A stretch of 64,000 bases of DNA from Felis catus (lineage: Eukaryota): assembly GCF_018350175.1 (NCBI RefSeq), contig NC_058368.1:16804001-16868000 (forward strand). Direction: 5' to 3'. The position numbers were made by a program, and so were the translations under genes. The notes beneath the pieces are model-generated. The model was given only the letters and a program-made list of their open reading frames with translations. It made no database searches and was not told where the DNA came from. Position 1 is the stretch's first letter. Each line of letters opens with the position of its first letter. Positions 1 to 12,365 of the stretch are shown one piece after another.

Positions 1-95
1 GCATTATTCACCTTCACAATTGTGCTCTGATTGAGAGGAACTGGGGACATCCTACCTGTAATGCCTCTGCTCAGGCTTTTGGATGTCTTTATTTA

Positions 96-325
96 AAAAA
101 AAAAAATTCTTTTTAACATTTATTTATTTATTATTGAGAGACAGAGAGAAAGCCAGAGCGTGAGCAGGGGAGGAGCAGAGAGAGAGGAAGACACAGAATC
201 CAAAGCAGGCTCCAGGCTCCGAGCCATCAGCACAGAACCCAACGCGGGGCTCAAACTCACAAACCGCAAGATCATGACCTGAGCCGAAGTCGGACGCTTA
301 ACCGACTGAACCACCCAGGCGCCCC
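96..325 (-). mobile_element. CAN-SINE (feline SINEC)
   Basis: Reverse-complement tRNA-like head (ccacccaggcgcccc), AG-rich tract and T-rich tail; 17-bp TSD ttggatgtctttattta at 79-95 and 326-342. Confidence 0.97.
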
Positions 326-1854
326 TTGGATGTCTTTATTTATTAAACAATCGATCCCACTCCATTTAGCACACATCTCTCCAGCATATTTACCAGAATC
401 CATGGTGACTGTGAAGGGTTAACATGACAACAAAGCGCAACCTCTTTCCTCAAGAAGCTCGCACTCACAATGACAGAAAAGGGCACATCGCCACAGTTTG
501 ACAAGTGCTAGAAAGAAGTAGAAGTAGGTGCTCGAACAAAAGGGAAAACGAGTTCAGCTCCTGCCACTTTTAGCTAAAATCCCATTTCCCACGATGTACT
601 TACTTTGGATCCATGTGTACACTGTCGTCTATAGGAAGTCAAACATCTTTTCCACGTGGCAAGTCTTTGAATTTTGTTGCTGCTGTTGGTTCTTTAGTGT
701 TTATTTGTTTTGTTTTTTTTTCTTCTGGCCTGACTGGACCCCACTAGACACCTAGCTGGATACCAATGTCACCACCTTCTATGAAATCTCATCACCTACT
801 TCTCTGATAAAAAGCAGTCTGCATCTTACTTTTTTCTGAATATACTTTGTGCTTCACGAACTCCTTAAAATAGAATTATCAAAAGCAAACAGAATACCAT
901 AACATGATATGAATGATATAATTCTATAAAGACAGTTTAAGATATTATTATATTTCTCATAGTCCGTGTCATAATACTAAATTCAACCAATTTTTCTCTT
1001 CTCGTCTATTTTTTAAATATGGCAAGGCCGCGTAAATGCAGTGACTTCTTGTTTGTTCACTTGCTTTAAAAAACCCTGATTTATTCCTATTAGATTACAC
1101 AGACACATTGGAATCTGTTCAAGTATTTGAATTTAAATTCTAACACAAAATATTTTAACTCTCCTATCAGATTGAGAGATTTGATTAGCATTACTTATAT
1201 TTTGGTCCAGGCAATTATAAAAGTGCTAATTAATGTAAAGTCAAGAACAGGATCTCCTGGATTTCTAGTGCAGCATAAAATAAATATCTCCAGGGAAATG
1301 CTTGCTGACTGTCTGTTCCTGAAGAACCGACTCCTACTTGGGGAGATGTCTTCTACAGGGGTCCCCAAGATACTAATCAAGACTGAAAAGTTCATCAAAG
1401 ATGGAATCTACTTTCCGTTTGTTTCCACTTCTAGTCTGTGTTACATCCGGTCTCTGTTTTCTCCTTTGTTTTTCCAGACACTTCTATTGTGTTTCCGCTC
1501 TGTTCCAGTGTGTAGTTCATGTGGCATGCTCTGCTCTGGTCCCTCCTTCTCTTCTGAAACTCTTCCTTCTTATACATGTATGAAAAATACATCCATCAAA
1601 TATTACGTCTCTTTAACTCTCCAGAATGACTTTGGATTTAATGATCTGAAGATTGCTCTTCATTATGTGCCCTGACCCCTCAGTTCCCATGTCCGCATTG
1701 CTTCCAAAATGATAAATGGTAATTTTTAAGAGGCATTGAGTATTTGATATGTGCAAGCACCCTCGTAAGTCTCCCTTAGGTATATTTTCATTTAATCTCG
1801 ATAACAAGTTACAGACCACTGCAATAAAGCAACTGTCACAATAAAGCAAGCGAA

Positions 1855-2043
1855 GGGGCACCTGGGTAGCTCAGTGGGTTAAGCGTCTGACTCTTAGTTT
1901 CAGTTCAGGTCATGATCTCCCAGTTCGTGGGTTCAAGCCCTGCATCAGGCTCTGAGAAGCCTGCTTGAGATTCTCTGTCTCTGCCCCTCCCGTTCACGTT
2001 CTCTCTCTCTCAAAAATAAGTAAATAAACTTAAAAAAAAAAAA
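1855..2043 (+). mobile_element. CAN-SINE
   Basis: ggggcacctgggtagctcagt head, CT tract, poly-A tail. Confidence 0.95.
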
Positions 2044-2079
2044 GGTTTGTAATGGGAATGCCCATCTCAGCATTATTCT

Positions 2080-2298
2080 CTTTTTTTATTTATTTTTTAA
2101 CATTTATTTATTTTTAAGAAAGAGACAGAGCATGAGTCGGGGAGGGGCAGAGAGAGAGGGAGACACAGAATCTCAAGCAGGCTCCAGGCTCTGAGCTGTC
2201 AGCACAGAGCTCGATGTGGGGGCTCCAACCCACGAACCATGAGATCATGACCTGAGCCGAAGTCAGACGCTTAACTGACTGAGCCACCCAGGTGCCCC
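2080..2298 (-). mobile_element. CAN-SINE
   Basis: Full-length reverse-complement copy; TSD tcagcattatt on both sides. Confidence 0.96.
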
Positions 2299-2309
2299 TC
2301 AGCATTATT

Positions 2310-2480
2310 TTGTAATAAAAACCAGGAAATTCTCCAAGTGTCTATTAATAGGAGAATGAATAAATTAAACTGTGATGTTACATAAAATGGAACACTATTC
2401 AATAATGAAAGGGAATGGGCTTCTGCTACATGCAAAAACAAAGATGAATCTCACTGAAGTTATGCTGAGTATAAGAAACC
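2310..2480 (+). mobile_element. Ancient L1 (L1ME-like) 3' fragment
   Basis: gaataaattaaactgtgatg...aatggaacactattcaataatgaaagggaatg...gatgaatctcac resembles an L1M ORF2-end/3'UTR. Confidence 0.65.
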
Positions 2481-4016
2481 TTTCACAAAAGTTAATTTAT
2501 ACCAGAGGAACGACATTCCCCTACTTCACTAAGGAGAAAGGAAATTGTACTTTGTACCATGCTTTGTTCTTCATGAATTCATACTGGAAGTTAGTATTTG
2601 CTTCATTCCTCTATGTATAGTACTCCAAAACAACCCAAATAATTGAAATCAAGTTCCCATACATGTCATCTACTTCCTTTTAGGAATGGGATTATTTCCC
2701 TAGATTCTGCTCACGTATCTCCTTCTCTGTGGTTTGCAGTGACTATGAAACCTGGTTCCGAACATTCTTTCTCTCCACACTCTCATCATTCTAACCTGGA
2801 GGTGTCCTGATGGGGAAGTGCTGAAGCTCTGTGCCGTCCCCCTACCCGCCCAGCTACACTGGGAGGTAAACAGCATTGCCTCTTCCCCTAACAGTTTCAG
2901 CGAGACAGATTCCTCCTAGGAATAGGACAAAGGCAAAATGGCAGTTAAATTGTTCTGTTAACATTAGACCATCTGTTCCAAGGAACGGAACTCGCTCTTC
3001 CGGGTTCCTCTTGCTGTTTCCAACCTGGCAAAAATGATCTTTTTATTGTTCCTAGCATATTTTGCAAGGCTCTGATTTTTTTTTTTTTTTATTAGCTTTC
3101 CTATTCGGTTTCATGCAACCCTTACATGTGTGTTTAAGATCACTTCTCTGCTTTTTTCTTTCTAAATATACAGTCACTAAAGAACCCTGCAACATCACAG
3201 ATTTCCTTAGAAACTATCACATTTTCTTCTCTTGAGACTTTTTTTCTTATGCAGGCTCTGACTGTGAGATGCCCCACCTTTTCTCTAAGGTTGTATTTTT
3301 TTTCTCCAAAATTAAAACAAACAAGCAAAAAAAATTATAGTTGGAGACTTGAATGGATGTGTCCAGTTGAAATTAGAGTGAAGTCTGAGAACTGAGAAGG
3401 GCTTTCATAAATGTACCTTTGATCACTCCTCCCTGTTCAAACCAATGATGGGATATTTTCTCTCTAAAGGAAGAAATTATTTTGTAAGTTTATGATTTCT
3501 TGCTGTTTCTTTCTTTTTTACTAACAATGACTAAGACATTTTTCACTAAGATTTAAGTATAAGCTCTGATAAGAATGGGTTTATAAATTGTCTTAGCAAA
3601 ATAAATGGATAATATTTTAATATATTTTAAGCAAAAATGGTATAATGATACTAATCAATTCCTGTGTTGTTTGTTTATTTGTTTTGTTTTTTGGTTTTTT
3701 TTAGTTTTAGTTGTTTTTGTTTGTTTGTTTACTTGTTTTTTTACCTTATAGTCACAATGGTGCAAAACTCTATCAGTGTCACTGCACTATTGTCAATGAC
3801 ATGTTATGTGTCACATTTTCAGGATTAAATAGTAATGTTGTAGGGACTATTTAGAATTCTATCAAATAAAATGTTGAAAAATGTGCTGTAAATAGAACAG
3901 GGCAAGGAGCTATAAAGTTCTTCCCCACTCATGCCAGAGACAGCTGAAATCAGTAGGTAGGATTTGAACTTTCACCTGGTGGTGAATTGGTGATGTGGTT
4001 TAAAATAGGTAATTTC

Positions 4017-4237
4017 GGGGTGCCTGGGTGGCTCAGTCGGTTGGGCGTCCGACTTCAGCTCAGGTCACGATCTCGTGGTCCGCGAGTTCAAGCCCCGCGT
4101 CGGGCTCTGGGCTGATGGCTCAGAGCCTGGGGCCTGCTTCCGATTCTGTGTCTCCCTCTCTCTCTGCCCCTCCCCCATTCATGCTCTGTCTCTCTCTGTC
4201 TCAAAAATAAATAAAACGTTAAAAAAATTTTTTTTAA
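4017..4237 (+). mobile_element. CAN-SINE
   Basis: Full-length and CpG-rich; 16-bp TSD taaaataggtaatttc at 4001-4016 and 4238-4253. Confidence 0.97.
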
Positions 4238-5779
4238 TAAAATAGGTAATTTCATTAAAGGTTGCGAGAAAGAAGTCCTTCATAGTTAGGTATTCAGTTA
4301 GACATCTCTCAAATATGCCATCAGGCCCTCTTTATAGGTAATTTAAGTTAATACGATAACCTCCTAGATAGTGTCTCAAACGTCAGTGTCCCTAGTCTGT
4401 CCCTCCATGTTGCTCTAGAGAATAAATACAGTCCAAATCTCTAGGTTGGCATTCAGGATCCTTCACGATCTGGCTCCAGTCTGTCTTTTCGCAGTCTTTA
4501 AGCAATTTCCCATAATCCCGAAACAATTCTATTCCATACAATCTGCTCTGAAGCTCCCTCTCAACTTCTTTAAACATAGTTATGTATAATTAAGCATATA
4601 TATAGTTAAACATGCACATAGCTGAGCATTGTTACATCTCCTGACATTAGGAAGGGCAGTCATGCAGTAAGGAAAACCAAATCCATATTGTACTTTGGAA
4701 AGATGAAACACCTATTACAAACACTGCTGAAATCTTCATTATTTTGAGTAACACCATTACTATCATGAATATAGTCATGGGTCTCTCTCTAATGCTCTCC
4801 TCCCTTCAGATGTGGACTGAGAATCTGGGAGCAGAAACTGCATGTGTAGCCAAGTTCCTTTCAATCCGATCATTCCTGGCAACTGGGCACATTGCAAGAG
4901 TGCACTCTCTGTTCCTTTCCTTTCAGATATATGTTTTCAAAGATGCATAGGGAGGCATGTGGTGACCCAGTTCTACCAATAATTTGGAAAAAAAACTCCA
5001 TATACTTTCTAGGATTCAATATTAGGAAGTCCACATGCCTCCAAATAAAGGGAATACTCATCACTGGCACTTCCTTAGAAATGAGAATGACCCTGTTTCT
5101 CCACACACTTTATATTTTAGACATATTTACTAACTGATTGAAGACATAGTGGAGAAAACGGTCACTGAATGGATTCTCCTTCAATCTCAATAATATTTCT
5201 CATTAATTTCCTATAAATATTAGTAGATATTCCCTCTTACAACTTGTCATATATTATGCCATGTTTGGATTACAGTACTTTTGCCATATTTGTCTTCAAT
5301 AACATTTTCTTTGCTCTCTTTTCATGATCATTTTATGGATAGTTTGGATTTGATGCACCAGTATGGTAAAGTCTGCCACTCTAAACTACTATTTCTTGAT
5401 CCTTCTTAGGTAAAACATGGAGGATGTTTAGATTTATAATGATGTGAAAATCTGGAGTAAGAAAAATGGAGATTGTCTTTGTGTTGTTTTTATTTTATTT
5501 TTTCTGAAACTGTTCCTGGATGAAGCAAAATCGATGCTATGTATCTCACAGTGATACCTATATTTAAAAAAGGTATATAAAGTCAAGTCTAAATAAAAGC
5601 TTGTGTGACTATCTACAGATAAGCAGGTAGCCACCTTAGCACTGAGAATGTCTCAAAAAAAAAGCAGATGTGACTGCCATCCATGAAAAATTACATAGGC
5701 TCACACTCCACTATAAACATTAAGAAACATGGACAAAATACATGAGAAAAGAAGTGTTTTCAGGACATTGAAAAACAGG

Positions 5780-5935
5780 GAGATGGGTGAAGGGATAGGC
5801 GAAATAAGTGAAGGGGATTCAGAGTGCACTTATGATGAGCACTAAGTAATGTCCAGAATTGTTGAATCACTATATTGTACACATGAAATTAAAATAACCC
5901 TGTATTTAATTATACTGGAATTAAAATTTTTAAAA
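5780..5935 (+). mobile_element. Carnivore L1 3' end fragment
   Basis: gatgagcactaagtaatg...gttgaatcactatattgtacacatgaaa...tatactggaattaaaa is typical of an L1_Carn 3'UTR. Confidence 0.8.
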
Positions 5936-6623
5936 ATCCCATTATTTCCCATTATTATATAATAGATTAGCATACATCATGGAAAAAAAAAAAAGAAAGA
6001 AAGAAAAACAGACCATACAAGGTTGTAATGGCAAGTCCTGCAATTTTGGTTTCTAGGTTTCAGCACTGGGAGGCAGAACCCAAACAGAGCCCAGGGGTCT
6101 TACTGAGTTGAGGAGAAAAAGATGGCAGCTAAGGCAGACCAAGGCAGCTACACTGTATGTGACAATATAACTGATAGGAGGGATCTATACGCAAAAAGAT
6201 CTCTGGATTCTTGCAGAAACGTCTTGGCAATTCTTTGGCACATGTGAATATATGTGGGAAATTATCTTTAAAAAGCAACAAATTGGTTAATTCTTAGAGC
6301 TCAGTAGGTCTTGGAGTAGATTGATTTCCACCCATTTGGAATGGACAGGCCACATAATACAATACAAGCATCGTTGGGTAGAATGCCCAGAACAATATGG
6401 CCGCTTCAATGGGTTAATTTAGGCTTAAATTAAAGTCTGCTCTGGATAGATCCATAAAAATCAAACTCTAAAAACATCAGCCATGAATAGAACGAAGAAC
6501 ATCTCAAATAATTGCATAACAAAAAGTCCAATGATCTTTTTAAAAAGTGCAACAAAATGCAGCACACAAAACAAAACAAAAAAATTCAGTGTGTTGTATC
6601 TGATCAGAAATGTCAAGACCTGA

Positions 6624-6839
6624 GGGGCGCCTGGGTGACTCAGTCAGTTAAGCCTCCGACTTGGCTCAGGTCATGATTTCATGTTCGTGAGTTCAAGGCC
6701 CACATTGGGCTCTGTGCTACCAGTGCGGATCATGGGGCATTTTTCAGATCCTGTCTCCTTCTTTCTCTGTCCCTCCCCTGCTTGCGCTCTGTCTCTCTCT
6801 CTGTCTCAAAAATAAATAAATGTTAAAAAAAATTTTTTT
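6624..6839 (+). mobile_element. CAN-SINE
   Basis: Full-length; near-TSD aagacctga / aagacatga. Confidence 0.95.
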
Positions 6840-8143
6840 AAGACATGAAAATAAACAAGAAAATATGTCTTTTAACCAGAAGCAAAATCAATTCATAGAT
6901 ACAGACACAGAACTTAAGGATGTGATGGAATTAGCCAAGCATTAAAAGAGCCATCACTAATATGTTCTATATGTAAATACTATAAATTCCACAAATTTTG
7001 ATTATGCATAATTTTTGTTTAATCCAAGATATTGCTGAAAAATAATGATAAGGGATGAATGAAAATCTTAAAAGGATCTCAAGAATAAAGACATCATGTA
7101 CAAAATAATAAATCTAAGTATGATAACAGATTTCTACAGAAACAATGCAAGCCAGATTAAGGTGATGGAGAGGCACTTTTAAAATACTGAATGACAAAAA
7201 AAAGGTCAACATAAAATTCTAGAACAAGAAAAAATATATTTCAAAAATTGAAACAAAATAAGAACGTTGCAGACAAACAAAATCTGTGAAATTTATTCTC
7301 AGCAGAACAAATACGATATATTAAAAAGAATGTATTAAAAAGAATCTCTGAAAGCAGAAAAAAAATGCAACAAGGTGGAAAGTTGGATTAACACAAAGAA
7401 ATGTGGTTACAAGAAATGAAAAGTATATAGGTAAATATAAAAAACTCCTATTTCTTTCAGTTAATCTCTTTAAAAGATTAAGAGATAATTGACTCTGTAA
7501 GCAAAACTACTGACATCGTTGTATAGGATTCATAACATATGCAGAAGGAAATTGATCAATGACCATAATACAACAGTTTGGAGCAGAATATGGAAATTTA
7601 TTCGTCTTAAATTTTTGTGGTATAGATGAAACACATAGGAAACAGTCACTGAGACAGATAATATTCTATGCCATTGGAAGTCATCATAAATGTAAAAGTA
7701 ATGAAATCATACAAAGTATATTCAATGACATGACAGAATATAGCTACATATCGTTGCTGGAAGATACATTGAAAAATCCACTTTTGGAGATAGTTCAGGT
7801 AGGTTTCTAAATAAACAATTAGTAGCATAACTCAAAAATATTAAAGGAAATTAGAAAATTATCTTGGTATAATAATAATTAAACACTAAAATCTGTGGAC
7901 TTCTTCTAAAGAGGTGATAAGAGGGATATTGTGGTACTAATTTATGTTAGAAAAATAAAGAGATCTCAATTCACTTAATGAGGGCAATGAATAGAAAATA
8001 GTTCCAAATATGATGAATATCAAAGCAACTATATAAAAAAAATCACTTTAATATGAATGGTCTAAGTACACCAATTAAAAGACAGATTTAAAGTGGACTA
8101 AAAAACAAGGCCCAACTCTATGTTCTACAAGAAACTCGCTTTA

Positions 8144-8359
8144 TTTATTTATTTTTTTAAGTTTACTTATTTTGAGAGAGAGAGAGAGAGAGAGAGTGCA
8201 AGCAGGGTAGGGGCCAAGAGGGAGATGATCAATCCAAAGCAGGCTCCAGGTTCTGAGCTGTCAGTACAGAGCCCAACACGGGGCTTGAACCCACCAACTG
8301 AGAGCTCATGACCTGAGTCAAAGTTGGACGTTTAACCGACTGAGCCACCCAGGAACCCC
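8144..8359 (-). mobile_element. CAN-SINE (left unit of a tandem pair)
   Basis: Reverse-complement head ccacccaggaacccc and (GA)n tract. Confidence 0.95.
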
Positions 8360-8369
8360 TGGAAAGGTC

Positions 8370-8429
8370 TTTTCTTTTCTTTTCTTTTCTTTTCTTTTCT
8401 TTTCTTTTCTTTTCTTTTCTTTTCTTTTC
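8370..8429. repeat. (TTTTC)n microsatellite
   Basis: About 12 perfect pentamer units between two SINEs. Confidence 0.97.
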
Positions 8430-8659
8430 ATTTTTTATTTATTGTTAAAAAATATTTATTTATTTTTGAGAGAGAAAGACAGAGTGTGAGTGGGGGAGGG
8501 GAAGAAAGAGAGGAAGACATAAATCTGAAGCAGGCTCCAGGCTCTGAGCCGTCAGCACAGAGCCCAATGCAGGGCTCGAACTCATGAACCGTGAGATCAT
8601 GACCTGAGCCGAAACCAAGAGTCAGAGAAGCTCAGCCGACTGAGCCATATAGGTGCCCC
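8430..8659 (-). mobile_element. CAN-SINE (right unit of a tandem pair)
   Basis: Reverse-complement copy ending ggtgcccc. Confidence 0.95.
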
Positions 8660-9724
8660 AAAACTCACTTTAAATGTAAAGACACCTATGCAATGAAAGT
8701 AAAAAGGTGGAGAAAAATATACAAAGTTTACATTAGTCAAAAGAAAGCTGAGACAGCAATATGAATTTCAAAGCATATATTGGAGCACAGAAACTTACCA
8801 AGAACAAAGAAGAGCACCACTTAATTATAAAGGGGTCACTTCTCCAAGAAGACAAAACAATCCCTAATGGGTTTGCACTTAATAACAGAGTATCAAAATA
8901 CATGAGGCAAAAAAAATGATAGTTTTAAGAATAAACAGACAAATCTACTCTGACAGTTGGAGACAGTAAGACCTCTGTTAGCAACTGACATATCCAGCAG
9001 GCAGAAAATAAGTAGGACATAGTTGAACTGAACAGTACCATCAATTAACTGGATCTACTTGACATTTATAAAATACTTCATTGAACCACAGAAAATGCAC
9101 GTTCTTCTCAGGCTCACATGGAATATTCACCAATATGGGCAATATTTTGACCCATAAAACACACCTTGATAAATTAAAAGTAAAACAAAATATATAAAGA
9201 ATGCTTTCAGGCCACAATAGAATTAAACTAGAAATTAATAACAGAATGATATCTGGAAATTCCCAGAATATTTGGAGACTAACAGCACACTTCTAAATGA
9301 TAATATGTCAAAAAAAATCTCTAGAAAATTTAAAAAAAAAATTTTGAATGAAATGTCCAGTGATCTAACTAGTCAAATGATCTAGGATAAAGGGGCGAAG
9401 GCAATGCGATGTAGAAAGAATTGTCCTTTCAAAAAATGGGACTGAAATAACTGAACATCCACATGTAAAGAAAAAAGAATCTAGATACAGACTTTATACC
9501 TTCACACAAAAAAAATTAACTCAAAACAGATCATAGACCTAAATAAAAAATACATAACTATAAAGATTCTAGAAGATAACAGATGAAAAAATCTAGGAGA
9601 CCTTGGATTTGGTGACTGCTTTGGTATCTGCAATGCCAAAAGCAAAATCCATAAAAGAAAAAAAAAACAAACATTAGGTTCAACTTCACTAAAATGTAGA
9701 ATGTCTGCTCTATGAAAGATACTT

Positions 9725-10102
9725 TTATTTTTTATTTTTTAAATATGAAATTTATTGTCAAATTGGTTTCCATACAACACCCAGTGCTCATCCGTGCCCT
9801 CCTCAATACCCATCACCCACCCTCCCCACCCTCCCACCCCCCCATCAACCCTCAGTTTGTTCTCAGTTTTTAAGAGTCTCTTATGCTTTGGCTCCCTCCC
9901 TCCCTAACGTCTTTTTTTTTTTTCCTCTCCTCCCCCATGGTCTTCTAAGTTTCTCAGGATCCACATAAGAGCGAAAACATATGGTATCTGTCTTTCTCTG
10001 CCTGACTTATTTCACTTAGCATAACACTCTCCAGTTCCATCCACGTTGCTACAAAAGGCCAGATTTCCTTCTTTCTCATTGCCACGTAGTATTCCATTGT
10101 GT
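9725..10102 (-). mobile_element. Young feline L1 (L1_Fc-like) 3' end, 5'-truncated
   Basis: T-rich tail followed by tttattgtcaaattggtttccatacaacacccagtgctcatcc; it matches the reverse complement of the L1 3' end at 50525-50895. Confidence 0.92.
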
Positions 10103-10308
10103 AGGGCCACCTGGGTGGCTCAGTCATTAAGCGTCTGGCTTTAGCTCAGGTCATGCATGATCTCACAGTTCATGGTTTCCAGCTCCAAGCCAGGGCCTGG
10201 AGCCTGCTTCGGATTCTGTGTCTCCTCCCCTGCTCTGCCCCTCCCCTGCTCTCTCTCTCTCTCTCTCTCTCTCTCAAAAATAAATGAACATTAAAAAAAT
10301 ATTTAAAA
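10103..10308 (+). mobile_element. CAN-SINE
   Basis: gggccacctgggtggctcagtc head, (CT)n tract, A tail. Confidence 0.95.
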
Positions 10309-10314
10309 GAGAGA

Positions 10315-11670
10315 GACAGAAGATCTGAGCAGATACCTTACAAAAGAACATGTAGTGATGGGGTTTAAGCATATGAAAAGATGTTCAACATCAAATGTCA
10401 TTAGGGAATTGAGAAGTACAACAATGAGATAGCACTATACACCTATTAGGATGACTAAAACCCAAAACCCAATGTATTAGTTTGCTAGGGCTGCCATAGC
10501 AAAGCACCACAGACTGGGTAGTTTAAATGAGAGAAACTTATTTTCTAAGCCTCGGCTACAAGTCCAAGATCAGAGTGTTGATTTCTTCCAAGGCCTCTCT
10601 CCTCCACTTGTACACAGCCTCCTTCTTCATGTGTCTTCATATGATCTTCCCTGTGTGTGTATCTGTGTCCTGATCATTTTGTTGTAAGGACACCAGGCAT
10701 GTGGATTAAGGCCCGCTCCAATGACTTCATTTTGATTTAATTACCCTTTAAAGATCTTGTTTCAAAATACAGACCTATTTTTCTCATTACTGGAGGTTAG
10801 GATTTCAGCATATGCATTTCAGAGGAAGCACAATTCAACTCATTACACCCTGACAACATCAAATACTGGTGAGGATGTCGGGAGCATCAGGAACTCTCAT
10901 TCATTGCTGGTGGGAATGCAAAGTGATACAGCCGCTTTGGAAGACAATTTGGCCATTCCTTAAAAAGCTAAACATAATCTTATTGTATATTCAACAATCA
11001 GACTCTGATATTAACCCAAAGAAAATGCAAGTCATACTCACACAAATGTTTATAACAAACTTGGAAACAATCAAGATGTCCTTCAGGAGGTGACCATTCA
11101 CCTAAATGAACTGAGATACATCAGAAAATGGAAGAATATTCAGTACAGAGAGACATGAGCGACCAAGCCATGAAATGACATGGGTGAAACTTGAATGCAT
11201 ATTACTAAGTGAAAGAAGCTGTTCTAAAAAGTCTACATACAGTATAATGTCAACCATATAACATTTTGAAAATGGCAGAACTGTAGAGAGTAAAGAGATC
11301 AGTGGTTACCAGTGGTTGGTGGGAGAGGGCAGAATAGGTGGGGCACAGGGAATTTTTAGGGTAGGATACTATATGTTCATCAATAACACACAGAACTATA
11401 TACCACAAAGAGTAAATCTTACTGTGAACTGTGGACTTCTAGTTTAACAATAATATATCAATATTGGTTCATCAATTGTTTCAACTGTACCACACTGATG
11501 CAAGATTGTAATGATAGAAGAAACTGAACGTGTGTGTCTGTGGGATGGGGGTGAGGCTGCTGGTGAAAGAGGAGCGGTAAAGGGCACTCTCTGAACTTTC
11601 TGTACATTTTATGTATTTTTTTATGAATCTAAAACTGCTTTTAAAACTAAAGCCTATTTTTTTAAAAAAC
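10315..11670 (+). mobile_element. L1M (L1MB/MC-like) ORF2 end and 3'UTR, split by an MLT1 LTR
   Basis: aagatgttcaacatca...gtcattagggaa; ctcattcattgctggtgggaatgcaaa; 3'UTR ending in an A-rich run. Confidence 0.85.
10473..10847 (-). mobile_element. MaLR solo LTR (MLT1-type)
   Basis: tgtattagtttgctagggctgccata...caattcaactcattaca; TG...CA termini; sits inside L1. Confidence 0.9.
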
Positions 11671-11886
11671 CTTAAAGAACTAAGAACAAATAAAAAGTCA
11701 CTAATACTCATAAATGAATTTCGAAAACCGCAGGGTGCAATGGATATTTACAAATCTATTGTATGGCTATGTATTAGCAATCAGTATTTGGAAACTGAGA
11801 TTTTTCACAGCTTTAAAATCACAAAACAGAAATAACTTTAACTGAATAGGCACAAGATCCGTGCCTCAAAAACTGCAAAACATCAT

Positions 11887-12365
11887 TGTAATAGCTAATT
11901 CTGTGCCAATTTGACTGGACCATCAGGTCTCTAACTCTGGTTGTCAGACTCTGGTTGTGTCTGAAAGGATATTTCTGGATGAGGTTGACATTTTCAATGG
12001 GTGCACTTGGTAAAGTAGATTACCTTCCCCAACGAGTAGTGTTCATCAACTCATTGGAGGGCCTGGCTAGAGCAAAAAGTGGAAGAAGGGAGGATTCACA
12101 CACTTCCTCTGTGCCTGTTTGACAGGGACATTAGTCTTCCCCTGCCCCTGTTCTGAGATTTGTACCATTGTCTCCTCCTGCTTCTCAGATCTTCTAACTT
12201 GGACCGGAATTACCCCTCCGGCTCTCCTGGGTCTATAGCTTGCAGCCTGTAAATCATGTGACACTCAGCCTCCATAATTGCCTGAGCAAATTCCTCTTAA
12301 TAAACTCTTTTATATAAACATCTATCCTATAGGTTCTGTTTCCCGGGAGAACCCTGACTAATACA
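11887..12365 (+). mobile_element. ERV-L solo LTR (MLT2-type)
   Basis: TG...CA ends; terminal ggttctgtttcccgggagaaccctgactaataca; perfect 5-bp TSD ATCAT at 11882-11886 and 12366-12370. Confidence 0.93.

Larger units (their letters stand above)
5640..9724 (+). mobile_element. Degraded L1M block (5' region/ORF1 remnant, ORF2 endonuclease region), interrupted by younger inserts
   Basis: A-rich plus strand; 8040-8140 reads as a degenerate ITLNxNGLxTPIKRQ...LQETHF APE-endonuclease start that continues after the SINEs at 8661; no intact ORF. Confidence 0.8.

Noticed and set aside
120..314. Recurrent MAQSV...TSAQVMIS... ORF family across the window
   Set aside because: These are translations of CAN-SINE copies, not a gene family
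1127..1675. Longest ORF in the track (182 aa)
   Set aside because: TTG start, no recognisable domain, composition typical of AT-rich non-coding DNA, and no supporting exon structure
9810..9850. G-quadruplex-forming tract on the minus strand
   Set aside because: It is the ordinary G-rich tract of the L1 3'UTR
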